Shown here: one piece after another, positions 12,702-25,379 of the stretch
Layout: each line of letters begins with the position of its first letter
Position numbering within the stretch: position 1 is the stretch's first letter
Position numbers and translations under genes: made by a program
The notes under the pieces: model-generated
Told to the model about the DNA's origin: nothing
Databases searched by the model: none
What the model saw: only the letters and a program-made list of their open reading frames with translations
Origin: Malacoraja senta
Taxonomy: Eukaryota
Direction of reading: 5' to 3'
NCBI GenBank assembly: GCA_038087875.1
Contig: CM075989.1
Coordinates: 1,674,001-1,738,000 of the forward strand
DNA length: 64,000 nucleotides

Positions 12702-15700
12702 TAAAATAGCAAGATTAAATGAGAACTTACCAGTTTGAAGTTTGATCTTTATTTTATGAGGAGTTACGGTGAGCGATTACGTGAAGAAGGCCCGCCAGTC
12801 CGCATGCGCGTCAATCTTCAAAGCAGCGGTGTGAAATCACAGATAACAGCAGTTGAAGTAACATAGTAAGACTTAGGGAAGACTAGAACTACCGAGTGAT
12901 CTTTATGAGAGAGGGCAGGGAGCGGTGGGCATGTAAAATAAAGATCAAACTTCAAACTGGTAAGTTCTCGTTTAATTTTACTATTTTACTTCGGAGTCAC
13001 GTGAGTGATTCCGTGAAGATTTCAAAGCTCTGTGATTTAATGCCGTGAGAAACGAGTCTCCACAACCACAACTGCTTCATTGACAGATGAGGGAAACATT
13101 CATAATGAATAAATAATAGTAACTCCTCTCATTCGGGAGTAAATTAACCACTGAACCTAAAATAGAGTTGGCAAATACCCCTGGTCTGGCAATAGGTTAT
13201 TATGAAATGTTGAGAAGTCGCCAGGATGTGGTCCAGCAGAACGTACATAACCTTTGCTGCTGATGTTGTAGCAGCCCTGGTGGAGTGAGACTCGAAAAAT
13301 ATCAGTATCTACTCCTGTATGAGCCAAACCCCGTTTCAACCACCTGGAGATGGTCCAAACCAATACCTTTTTATAAAGTTTTTTGTAATTAACAAACATT
13401 GCTAGTTCAGAGCCTCTAAGGCTCTTCGTGACCTAGACGTATTGTTGTATATGTGTGACCATACACAACCGAAGGTTCATGAGGTATGCCATTAAACTAG
13501 TTTGAGATTTCACTTCTGCTCTGCTTAACTAAACATTAAAATATAATATTATTTGCAGATGTAACCATCCTGTCCAGTCACAATATGTAGTGATTGAACC
13601 CGTTGCGCTGAGACCAGTGCCATGAGGATAACTACCTTATGAGAGCCGAGCCAAGCTAAGGATGTAGCTGGAGCCCCCTGGTGAAATAGTGTTAATACCA
13701 CATCAATATCCCATACTGCGCTGTGCTTGTCCTGGGAGAACTTGTGTGAACGATATCCTTTACAACTCGGTATCAGAGGGTGAAACCCAACAGAGTGGGT
13801 CTCTTTTGCTGCAGAAAATATGATGGGAAGATACGTTGGGCACAGTTAATGGTCCTATAACTTAATTTATTGTCAAAGACCCATTTGAAATGAACTCCAA
13901 GACGTCAGTTATCTGTACCGTATTAGATGTAACTTAAGTATTTAAACAAACGCTTCCCATCTCCTGAAGAGGAAATGTAATGCTTTCCTTACTTGGTGCT
14001 ATCCCTGTATTTTGCAGCGAGCACATACATGGATCGGTCTGACAATCCGAGCCGCAGAATCTATGTCAATAATTGATTTATCATGCGGAGGCTGATTTCC
14101 CGAGCCACAGGCTGAACCAGCAAGTTTAACCGTAAAAGGTTGTATTATTATTCCCGACAAAGCGGGAAGCATAGCTACATAGACCAGTCAGACAGAACAA
14201 CCACCTAGAGCGGGATCTTGCTGACTTTATTGCAAGACCCGACTAATGAGACAAAATGAAGGGAGACAAACATAACTTCTTTCTCCTTGTAGCAAGAGTG
14301 TATTTTTTGCCACTGTTATGCCACATATTTTTGCAACCGGTAAATGTGCATGGAAACAAACATATCAATTCGGTATTCCATCGAGCCAAAATGTCATTAA
14401 ATGCTTTGTGATGCAACACCCATTTAGTGTTGTCATTGATTATACGTGATGGTATTCCAACTTAAATTGAGACTAGGTAAATTATTACAGGATATTCTGT
14501 CTTGATCGCACCCATGTGACTAATATACGCCACCACCATAGTGTATCAACTTAACGTTGAGCATGCAGATTATGCAGATTCACTCAATAACCCTTTAACC
14601 GATAGAATGCACCTAGTGTGTATAGGTAGTTCATACCAATAACTGAATAATTGTTAATTGATGCAAATCACCTCCGCCTCTGAACTAGATGGCATTCATA
14701 ATTTTCCACCTAAGAGCCCCATCAGTTTATAATATAAGTGAATTTTCACTGACCAGATTACTGGAGCAATGCTGAGTACTGTTCGTCTACCATAATGACC
14801 TTGGTAGCTTCAGCTGGTAATAGCATAATGTCTGTCACAAGACCTACATGGCATTTGAGAGATTACTACTTTGCACAATGTAAGTTCCCCCACTTGCACA
14901 GCTGAATTACAGCCACTGTATTGCCAATTATACTTAATGAAGAGAAGGCTGCTTTATCACAACAAGATTGTTCGAGGCTCCTATTAATTCCAATCTCTTA
15001 CCCCAGGGCGGAGTCACAGGCTAATTAATAGTTAAAGGTAAATCCCAATGATGAACAAATCTAGTTGGTATCACCTCCATTTACTTAAACATAGTTTGAG
15101 GCTGAAACAGTTGATTTTAGCAACGTACAGCATTAGAATATCCTCCAGCTAAGACATAACAAATGTTTTTGAGCTCTGAGCAGTCCAAGCATCGGTTTTA
15201 GTAATCTGGTAAATAACCTGGGAACTGAAGTTAACCCATTTTGCAATGTTTTATCATAGCCTTATCCAGATACATTTCAAATGTCTCCGGTGATCCCTGT
15301 AAATGGGAGCATCCTAAGGAAATCAGATGCAAAGTTTACTTTTTTGGGAAAATGTATACTGCACATGTGAGTTAAACGACATTCTGCATCTTTTCCACAA
15401 TGAACAGGCCACGCCTGTGAATTCCGTACCTGCTCGAGCAACAACTCTGGCCCGTTTTCCGAGCCAGTCCCAAAATACATTCCTGGCCATAATACTGAGC
15501 CTGCCTCGAAAGACAACTCTGGACATAATTCTGAGCTTGTCTGTAAAGACAAATCTGGCCCAATTCTGTGCTTGGAACCTTAGTATTGCACAGTTTTACA
15601 TGGTTAGATGCCAACCATTTGTGTGTTGTAAGGCCACTAGGACCCCTTTCATCAAGGGGACTGCTATTTTCATATAACACATAAACTAAACACATGTTAT

Positions 15701-17380
15701 CATTATCATTAGTACAAAAACAAGTGTAAATATTACCAATTTGTAGATGGTCCCATATTTTTCCTGAGCCCGACTTGGGTCTCGGATTTAAGACCTCTGT
15801 CCAGCTTTCATGCTGCCACCAAATTCAGTGAACTGCTTACTGCCAATGAAGGCGTGGGGTGTGTTGTTGCCGCAACGAAGAAGCTTTGCTCGTTGTTGGT
15901 ACCTCGATTGGTCCAACAGCTTTTGCTTCCTTATCCAGGTTTTACCTGTTGAATAGGTCTTACCGCAAGAGAAGGTTCGGCAGCTTGTCTTTAACGTCAC
16001 CCCTGAAGCGTTGTTCATTCCCGGCATTTATAGCATGAGGGAAACTCTAGCCCCTTCCGGGTATCCTGCCACCTTCGTTTGCGAGGGTTCCCTTGAATCC
16101 AACACATGAATTCCAGTACGTTGCACAGACATACTTCAGATTTTTTAAGTCAGTTACACTGACCACTCGCCCTCCCCTCCACAGAGAGGGGGTTCGTAGA
16201 CAGCCAGGAACAGGTGCTGCCGCAGGCCCCTGCCTCGTAGTATGCTCACCAGCTATACCTCTGATCTCGGAGTCAGACGTGTGTTCACTTCCTCCAAGAG
16301 GGAGACATCATGTAGCCTTTCTATAGGTGCTGCTGCCAGAGGCTCCCGAGGAGACCCCCGGATATAAAGCTCCTCTTGCTGGAGCATATCGTGCTGGAAC
16401 ATCCTTTACATCAGGAGCTCTTCCCAGACAGCCCTTCAACAGGTGCTGCTGCCACGGGCCCCCAAAGAGACCCGCGGATATAAAGCTCCTTTGGCTGGAG
16501 CATATCATGCTGGAGCTCTTTGTATTGGCTCACCAGTCCTTCTTGGCTTTCATGCCTTGGGGTATGCTCCGCAATACCTCCGACCTCAGGGTCAGAATAA
16601 AACTGCCCTGGTAAGCTCACCTCTTCACTGAGGGAGACATTATGCAGCCCTTCGAGAGGTGCTGCTGCCATGGGCCCCCAAGACGACCCGCGGATATAAG
16701 GCTCCTCTTCCCGGAGCAGATCTTCCCTATACATCTCTCTAGTAGAAGCTGCTGCCACGGGCCCATGGGGTGACCCACGGATATAAAGTTCCTCTTGGAA
16801 CATATCACGATGGAGCAACCTCTCTATTAGGTGCTCCACCTTTACTAGACGTCAAGAGACGTCCCTGATAGTGGGAGGAGAATCCTCCTGGCCTGACTCA
16901 TCGGACTTACTTTTAAATGGCTTTTCTTCCCCACAGGATTAGCTTTGGTGCTCACAGTCGGCAACCTGATACCGCCTTCCTCATGGACTTACCCTTCCAC
17001 GGGAACATCAGCGGTCTGGAAGCCGCTGACCGCCTTGTCAGTGGCTGGAGTAACGCACCCGACGTCCGCCGGCTACCCGCGTTCCGCAGTCTGGACCGGA
17101 GTCTCTTCACAGCCCAAAGCCGGTTTCCTCGCGGCTCGTCCGGACTGCACTACAACATCCAGCAGGAAACCTCTGTAAGAAGAGGTTCCTGCAAGAAAAC
17201 ACAACCTGGTAAGAAATAAAAACTTACCTGTAGGTTTAAACTTACCGCTGGTAGGAGCGTTGAACCCGTTGCGTTGACTAGCCTGCCAGTCCGGTGCTTT
17301 GCCATGCGAATGACATAATGACGCGCATGCGGACTGGCGGGGCTTCTTCACGGAATCACTCACGTGACTCCGAAGTAAAA
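12702..17380 (-). mobile_element. Full-length but decayed DIRS1-type retrotransposon (gag, RT, RNase H, methyltransferase-like, tyrosine recombinase)
   Basis: ITRs at 12775-12812 and 17318-17355. Internal complementary region 12933-13019 pairs with both termini. Recombinase remnant TISRWLKRGLAHTGVDTDIF (13157-13399), MT-like remnant IDMFVS..FCLISRVLQ (~14370-14200), gag homologous to 62276-63283. No TSD. Confidence 0.9.
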
Positions 17381-17570
17381 TTGGGGAATTCAACATTTGT
17401 ACCATTGGGTGGTAAGCTACTCAAGGTGTAGGTGTTGTTCCTCCAGTTTGCATGTGGACTCACTCTTGCAATGGAGGAGGCCCAGGACAGAAAAGTCAGT
17501 GTGGGAATGAGATGGGGGGAGTGGACATGTTTAGCAACCAGGAGATCCAGTAGGCCTTGGTGACCCAGTG
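17381..17570 (-). mobile_element. Penelope-like fragment, host of the DIRS element (continues at 12650-12701)
   Basis: GIY-YIG C-terminal sequence like 41150-41290; flanks rejoin as GTTACTTAAAA|TTGGGGAATTCAA. Confidence 0.75.
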
Positions 17571-17826
17571 TCCTCTGCAACCTCCACATCCTCTCTGTAA
17601 TGGTGAATGCAACTGCATACAATACTCCAAATGCAGCCTAACCAAAGTCCTATAAAGCTGTATCATGGAGGAGTTGCTCTACTGATCATGGAGAATGTAA
17701 CGGTAGCATTCAGAAAGGGTATGTTAGAGGGTGAGTCTGCTGAGGCAATATGGGAACAACTCAGAAATAAGAAAGGTTGAAGCCGTCTAATGAGTTTGTA
17801 CAAGACATTGGTGACACTACCCTCAG

Positions 17827-17972
17827 ATATATATATATATATATATAAATAAATATGTTAAACATCATATGTATATGAAGTTATATGTGCGTGTGTATAA
17901 ATACAATGTATATATATATACATTGTATATGCACACACACATATATCAATACACATATTTCTTTAAAAAATA

Positions 17973-18003
<31 letters not shown>
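17827..18003. repeat. (TA)n-rich microsatellite region
   Basis: Directly visible. Confidence 0.9.
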
Positions 18004-18582
18004 TCTTACCAGCTGATCACTGCATCAATCTCCTGGCATTTCAAGTGGTCCTTGTGTGGGACTGGGCATGCTGTGTGAGTCGATTGTTCAAAATGACCTT
18101 TCAGTTCATTTTTCTGTTCAACCTGATGGAGACAGTGTACCAGGAGTCGTGGAAGGGCTGTGATAACAGAAATCAGCGTCTTGCAGTGAAATAGTCCTTT
18201 TCTTGCAAAACAAACGATTGCATCTCTGAGGATGATGTATGGTTTTCTCCTGCTTCGAAGTGTGCTGCTGGCTGCACTCCCCTCTGGTTCTCATTCAGTG
18301 TCAGTGTGGGAGATGCCAATGAAACAAATCTATCGTTGAGGAGATTACACCTGACCTTCACTGTGCAGCAGCTGCAACCCCCTGTGATTGCTTCTATTAA
18401 AAGATACATTGAACTTTGCAAGGAGCTTGATGTAAGTAAAAGATCATGCAGATCTGGTCTTAGATGGCACTGTATAAACTGCATGCCATTGTGGAACAGG
18501 GACTAATGCCTGTCCTTTACCTAGCTGTGCATTGGATGGGTTCATTTTGTCCTTCACGTTTGTTCCTCCATTCAATTAATTT

Positions 18583-18866
18583 CAGTTTAGTTTAGTTTAG
18601 AGATACAGCGCGGATACAGCCCCTTAAGCCCTTCGAGTCCACACCGACCAGCGATCCCTGCACATTAACACTATCCTACACACATTATGGACAATTTGCA
18701 TTTATACCAAGCCAATTAACCTATAAACCTGTACGCCGTTGGAATGTGTGTGGAAACCAAAGATATCGGGAAACATCCATGTGGTCATGGGGAGACCGTG
18801 CAAACTCTGTACAGACAGCGGCCGTAGTCAGGATCGAACCCAGGTCTCTGGAGCTGTAAGGCAGCA
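18583..18866 (-). mobile_element. HE1-like SINE (5'-truncated)
   Basis: Body and (TTTAG)n tail. Confidence 0.8.
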
Positions 18867-19684
18867 TTCATGGAGAGCCTTTGACCTAACTCCTTACATC
18901 TGCCTTTCCGCCCTTTCCTGTAATAGTTTGATTATCAAAAAACTGATATGAAATAATGCAATTGAATTTGTATGAGACTGGAGAAGGGTCTCAACCGGAA
19001 ATGTCACCCATTCCTTCTCTCCAGAGATGCTGCCTGACCCTCTGAGTTACCCCAACATTTTGTGTCTATCTTCTGTTTAAACCAGCATCAGCAGTTCCTT
19101 CCTACACAAGGAAAACTCCAGGTCTGAAGAAGGGTCCTGACCCGAAAAGTCGTCTCAATCCATCGTCTGCTGTTCCTTGGGACTCCTAAACTCCAGTGGC
19201 CATATTTAAAATTGTGCCACTGCATCTTTAGTTTAGTTTAATTTAATTGACTTTAGAGATACAGTGCTGAAACAGGCTGTTCGGCCCACTGAGTCCATGC
19301 CGACCAGCGATCCCCATACACTAACACTATCCTACGCACTATGGACAATTTACACTATTTACCGAAACCAATTAACTTACAATGTTGTCTATCTATTATG
19401 TTTGTCTGAAACATTAGATGACACCATGGTTTTATGACCATCCAAATGAAATTATCCCTCAGTCCCTCCCTACACACTCCGTTTAGTCTTTGCTGCAACC
19501 TCCAGTGATGGCTTGAACCGAAAGGATGCAGTTCAATCAACTGAGCCTCTGCTAACTCATCAGGACCAGCAGGTATAATCATTAATATCTCTCTTCACTA
19601 TCTTATCAAGAGTCCTTGAGTCAGGATTAAGTGGCCAGCTATTGCAGAGTAACAATGTTGATATAGCCTGTGTACATGCAACAG

Positions 19685-20065
19685 TAAAACACAAAATGCT
19701 GGAGTAACTCAGCGGGACAGACAGCATCTCTGGAGAGAAGGAATGGGTGACGTTTCGGGTCGAGACCCTTCTTCAGACTGAAAGTCACGGAAAAGGGAAA
19801 CAAGAGATATAGATGATGACGTGAAGAGGTAAAGAACAAATGAATGAAAAAAATGCAAAAAGTAAGACTGATAAAGAGAGCAGGTCATTATTAGCTGTAG
19901 CTGGGTGAGAACGGAAGCTGCTGGGACGGGTGGGGGAGGGGTGCAGAGAGAGCGAATGCCGGGGTTACATGAAGTTAGTGAAATCAACTGAGCAGACACA
20001 AGCTTGTACGGTTTACAAAAAAGACACAAAGTGCTGGAATAACTCAGCGGGTCAGGCAGTATCTA
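19685..20065 (-). mobile_element. Penelope-like terminal repeat with an intact hammerhead-like core
   Basis: Minus strand CTGAAGAAGGGTCTCGACCCGAAACGTC at 19749-19776. Confidence 0.75.
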
Positions 20066-20604
20066 TCCCCATTCTGTTGTCCCTGAGGTCCCTCTTACAT
20101 CTTTCCCCTCTATCCTTAGGCTTATCCCTTCTAATTTTAATCCTCTACCCTGGGAAAAAGACCATGAATATTCACTTTATCCATGCCCCTCATGATTTTC
20201 TTTAATCAGTATTTAAAGAACAAATGTCCCAGTCTAGCCAGCCTCTCCTTGTAACCAGCCAGCAAGTCCAGGTAACATCCTGATGAATCTTTTCTGCACA
20301 TTTTCCAAGTTCTTGTAAAGTTTTACACAATGTAGCTTTGTTTCCAAACTTTTTAAGATACAGTTTAATTTAGCTCAAGGGATTTGTTACTATAACAAAC
20401 CACAACAGGTACATGTATGTGTAGAAAGCAACTGCAGATGCTGGTTTATACCGAAGTTAGACAGAAAGTGCTGGAGTAACTCAGCGGATCAGGCTGGATT
20501 AAAAGGACAAGTGACATTTTGGGAAGGAACCCTTTTTCAGACTTCCTCTTCAGGTAGAGGTATATTGGTTACGTGAAACAAACCATATATGTCATTAATA
20601 TTCA

Positions 20605-20970
20605 GTACAAGGAACTGCGAGGATTAGCTCGGGTCGATGCACAGAGTCTCTTACCAGAGAGGGGAAATTGAGGACCAGAGGATATAGATTTAAGGTGAAG
20701 GGGAAAAGATTTAATAGGAATCTGAGAGGTGGCTTTTTCACACAGAGGGTGGTGGGTGTATGGAACAAGCTGACAGAGGAGGTAGTTGAGGCTGGGACTA
20801 TCCCAACATTTAAGAAGCAGTTAGACAGGTACATGGATAGTACGGGTTTAGAGGGATATGGACCAAACGTAGTCAGCTGGGACTAGTGTAGCTGGCACAT
20901 GTTGGCCAGTGTGGGCAAGTTGGGCTGAAGGGCCTGTTTCCACGCTGCATCACTCTATGTCGCTATGACT
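20605..20970 (+). mobile_element. CR1 3' fragment
   Basis: RTRGYRFKVKG..FFTQRVVGVWNKL; CTCTATG tail. Confidence 0.85.
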
Positions 20971-22332
20971 CTCCAACTAGTATGTAACAAGAGCTGTTTG
21001 TTTCTGAATTTCTTGGAATAGCCTTCTGAAGGATCCCAATCTGAAACAACACCTATCCATTTCCTCCGCAGATGCTGCCTGATCCGGTGAGTTTCCAGCA
21101 CTTTGTGTTTTATTCTTTCCTCGTCTGTTTGTTGACAATGAGTTCTCTCTGAGCCAGTTTGATAATATGTTTTCTGTCTTTGATCTTACATGATAATCAA
21201 CAGTCCCCTGAGCTACATTAACCATTGACATTTCAAGAATACAACTTATATTTTATTCATCGTCAACCCTGTTCCTTTGCTTACAGAACAAACTATCCTC
21301 ATCTTCATTGCTTTCTCCTCTGCAGACTGAAGTACTCTTTGCCTGTGACTTTCATACCAATTGTATAACAAATGTGTTTTGTTTCAATGCATTCCTTCAT
21401 TTGTTTCGATCCTTCTGTTATACTTCAGTCTTCACCAGTGTTCTGCCCCTTTCCAACGTTGTACCTCGTTAGTACAAACCAGGTAGATTTAATTAATGTT
21501 CCACTCCATGTTATCTGACTGCTTCAAACTAAATTCTGTTTCATCAGATCCTCTGCAGTTAGCATCAGTTTTGATTTAATTGCCCATTACGCCTTACAAC
21601 AGGAACAGTATATCAGGGAAGAGTACATCGTTCATTCAAACTACATCCTACTCCTCGAGAGATTTCTGTTCCTTCAATCAAGTGAAAATAACAGCGCTCT
21701 GATGTAAAGAGCAATATTGAACGTGTAATGTGGCCAATGTTTCCACAGGTCCATGCGCTCTCATTCCTTCTCCCTTCATACTCTTGGAAGATAGTTGTAC
21801 TTTCAGAGAGAAAACCCCACTCTTCAATAAATAACTTTTTATCCTTTCACTTTTGCTGCCCTTCATTCCTGTGCTTCAAGGTCCAACTAATTGTCCAACC
21901 CAGCTCAGGTCTCACTGGGTCTTTTTGCATCCCAGCCAGTTTTATGTGAGAACATTTAGGCAAAACGTGACATGGCATCAAGTGCCTTTTCTGGCTGTTC
22001 TCACCAGGGTTCAGATCCCTTGTGCCCACTGCACAGAGGCCAGTCTAAATGAAAGATCACTGACAAGTTTTACAGCTGAGTTAGTTTACAAGCGTAGTCT
22101 AAATCAGCCCATGTAATGCAAATCTAATTGAAGCATCCTTCAAAGGGAATTCAGTTCTCCATAAAAATGAATTAGATTGCTCTCAATCGCAGCAATTTTT
22201 GTGACAATGGTAGTTATTAATATTCTTACTTCATGCAGAATAATGTTGGCTCCCAAAAGAGTGTACAGTTCACAAGAGTGTAGCAAAGACTGCTTTCATT
22301 TGATATCCATCACCTTGCCGAGGAGAATCTCA

Positions 22333-22660
22333 TGGGCCTGTCTCTCTTAGGTGATTTTTTAGGCAACTACAGGCGACTAGTTTGTGGCCACATGTTTGCC
22401 AGTGGTCGCTGGTAGTAGTCTCCTCAGTCCCACAAAAAGTCATCGTGTCCTTCTGGTCGCCGCTAAATTTTCAACTTGTTGAAATATTTTCGGCGACAGT
22501 GGTTTTGACGCCAATGAGTGTAGCTTGAATTCTCCTGACATAGTTGCTGTCGTAGGTTGTTGCCAGGATGACGTAGGTTGTCGCCGGTTTTTCGGCGACC
22601 TGCTACGACTATGACAGTCGCCGGCAGTTGCCTAAAACATCGCCAAGTGGGACAGGCCCA
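22333..22660. mobile_element. PIF/Harbinger MITE
   Basis: TIR TGGGCCTGTC(C/T)C..; 3-bp TSD TCA; interior similar to the left end of the 25380 element. Confidence 0.85.
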
Positions 22661-22664
22661 TCAA

Positions 22665-24556
22665 GATTCCAGAGAGTTTATTGTCATGTGTCCCAGATAG
22701 GACAATGAAATTCTTGCTTTGCTTCAGCACAACAGAATATATTAGGCATGAATACTGAACAGATCATATACCGTTATATAAATATATACACGCATGAATA
22801 AATAATCATAAAAAGTGTAATTAAACAGATAATGGGCTATTAATGTTCAGAGTTTTGTTTGAGTTGAGTTTAATAGCCTGATGGCTGTGGGGAAGTGGCT
22901 ATTCCTGAACCTGGACGTTGCAGTCTTCAGGCTCCTGAACCTTCTACCTGATGAGTGTGTGGCCAGGATGGTGTGGGTCCTTGATGATGCTGCCAGCCTT
23001 TTTGTGGCAGCGACTGCGATAGATCCCCTCGTTGGTAGGGAGGTCAAAGCCGATGATGGACTGGGCAGTGTTTACTACTTTTTGTAATCTTTTCCGCTCC
23101 TGGGCGCTCAAGTTGCCGAACCAAGCCACGATGCAACCAGTCAGCATGCTCTCTACTGTGCACCTGTAGAAGTTAGAGAGAGTCCTCCTTGACATACCGA
23201 CTCTCCGTAATCTTCTCAGGAAGTAGAGGCGCTGATGAGCTTACTTTACAATATATAACCATATAACCATATAACCATAACAGCATGGAAACAGGCCATC
23301 TCGGCCCTTCAAGTCCGTGCCGAACATTTTAAATTTTTTTAAATTTTTTTTTTTTTTTTTTTTTTAATTAAAAAGAAAATACTTCCCCCTAGTCCCATCT
23401 ACCTGCACTCAGACCATAACCCTCCATTCCTTTCCCGTCCATATACCCATCCAATCTATTTTTAAAGGATAACATCGAACCTGCCTCCACCACTTCCACT
23501 GGAAGCTCATTCCACACAGCTACCACTCTCTGAGTAAAGAAGTTCCCCCTAATGTTCCCCCTAAACTTCTGTCCCTTAATTCTCAAGTCATGTCCCCTTG
23601 TTTGAATCTTCCCTATGGGAAAAGCTTATCCACGTCCACTCTGTCTAACCCGCTCATAATTTTATAGACCTCTATCAAGTCCCCTCTTAACCTTCTGCGC
23701 TCCAAAGAATAAAGACCTAACTTGTTCAACCTTTCTCTGTAACTTAGTTGCTGAAACCCAGGCAACATTCTAGTAAATCTCCTCTGTACTCTCTCTATTT
23801 TGTTGACATCCTTCCTATAATTAGGCGACCAAAATTGTACTCCATACTCCAGAATTGGCCTCACCAATGCCTTGTACAATTTTAACATTACATCCCAACT
23901 TCTATATTCAATGCTCTGATTTATAAAGGCCAGCACACCAAAAGCTTTCTTTACCACCCTATCTACATGAGATTCCACCTTCAGGGAACTATGCACAGTT
24001 ATTCCTAGATCCCTCTGTTCAACTGCATTCCTCAATTCGCTACCATTTACCGTGTACGTCCTATTTTGATTTGTCCTGCCGAGATGTAGCACCTCACATT
24101 TGTCAGCATTAAACTCCATCTGCCATCTTTCAGCCCACTCTTCCAAATGGCCTAAATCTCTCTGTAGACTTTGAAAATCTACTTCATTATCCACAACACC
24201 ACCTATCTTAGTATCATCTGCATACTTACTAATCCAATTTTCCACACCTTCATCCAGATCATTGATGTACATGACAAACAACAGTGGACCCAACACAGAT
24301 GGCATCAGTGTTCTCGGACCAGGAGAGATCTTCAGAGATGTGCATGCCCAGGAATTTGAAGTTCTTGACCCTTTCCACCACCGACCCATTGATATAAACG
24401 GGACTGTGTGTCCCCACCCTACCTCTTCCAAAGTCCACAATCAGTTCCTTGGTTTTGCTGGTGGTGAGGGCCAGGTTATTGTGCTGGCACCATTTGGTCA
24501 GTCGGTCGATCTCTCTTCTATACTCTGACTCGTCCCCATCAGTGATACGTCCCACA
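22665..24556 (-). mobile_element. Rex1/Babar LINE 3' fragment interrupted by CR1
   Basis: [48 protein letters not shown] tail. Confidence 0.85.
23245..24296 (-). mobile_element. CR1 LINE 3' fragment
   Basis: SVLGPLLFVMYINDLD..KYADDTKIGG..; TATGGTTA tail. Confidence 0.9.
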
Positions 24557-24854
24557 TCAGTAATAGGAATACTACAAACAAATTGAGTTAAAGAGAGAAA
24601 AGCTGCATTAACCCTGGGACCTGGTGATTGTCACATCCCTGGGACTCTGAGGAAAGACCATCTATTTTATCTGTCGTATCTTGCAGCACCTGGTCCTCAG
24701 CCATCAAAGGGATTTCACCCATCCCACTGCCAAGGACCAGAACATCACCTGGATCTGGGAGTCTGCAGAATGAAGCATCTTGCTTTACGTCTGGGATTCT
24801 AAGGTTTGGAAGATCTTTCCTTTTGTTCTTATCAGCAGAGGGGAACGTTTATTT

Positions 24855-25140
24855 TAGTTCAGTTTAGAGATACAGCACGGAAACAGGCCCTTCAGCCAAC
24901 TGACCCCACGCTGAACAGCGATCCCAGTACACTAGCATTATCCTACACACAGTAGGGACAATTTACAATTTTACCAAGCCAATTAACCTATAAACCTGTA
25001 TGTCATTGGTGTGTGGGAGGAAACCGGGGCACCTGGAGAAAACCCCTGTGGTCATGGGGTGATCGAACAAAGTCTGTATGCACAGGACCTGTAGTCTGGA
25101 TCAAACTCGGGTCTCTGGTCTACCGCTGTGCCACCCTGCC
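24855..25140 (-). mobile_element. HE1-like SINE
   Basis: Body and tail match the family. Confidence 0.8.
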
Positions 25141-25379
25141 GGCCTTGTTAGAAACACTGAGCTGTTTGTTCCAGCGTTTTATTCCATCTAATATCTACAA
25201 GAAGGAAACTTGTAGTTATATTAACCAGTTCTACCAGCAGGAGAGATTAATAATCTTTGCTATGTTCCTGCTTTTGGCTGGATTCTGAAGAAGCGTCCTG
25301 ACCCGAAACATTGCCTATCCACGTCCTCCACAGACGCTGCCAGGCCGCACCGTGGTGCAGCAGTAGAGTTGCTGCCTGC

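Noticed and set aside
21300..22045. In-frame TGA codons as selenocysteine
   Set aside because: TAA/TAG stops and frameshifts also occur and no SECIS was recognised; decay is simpler.
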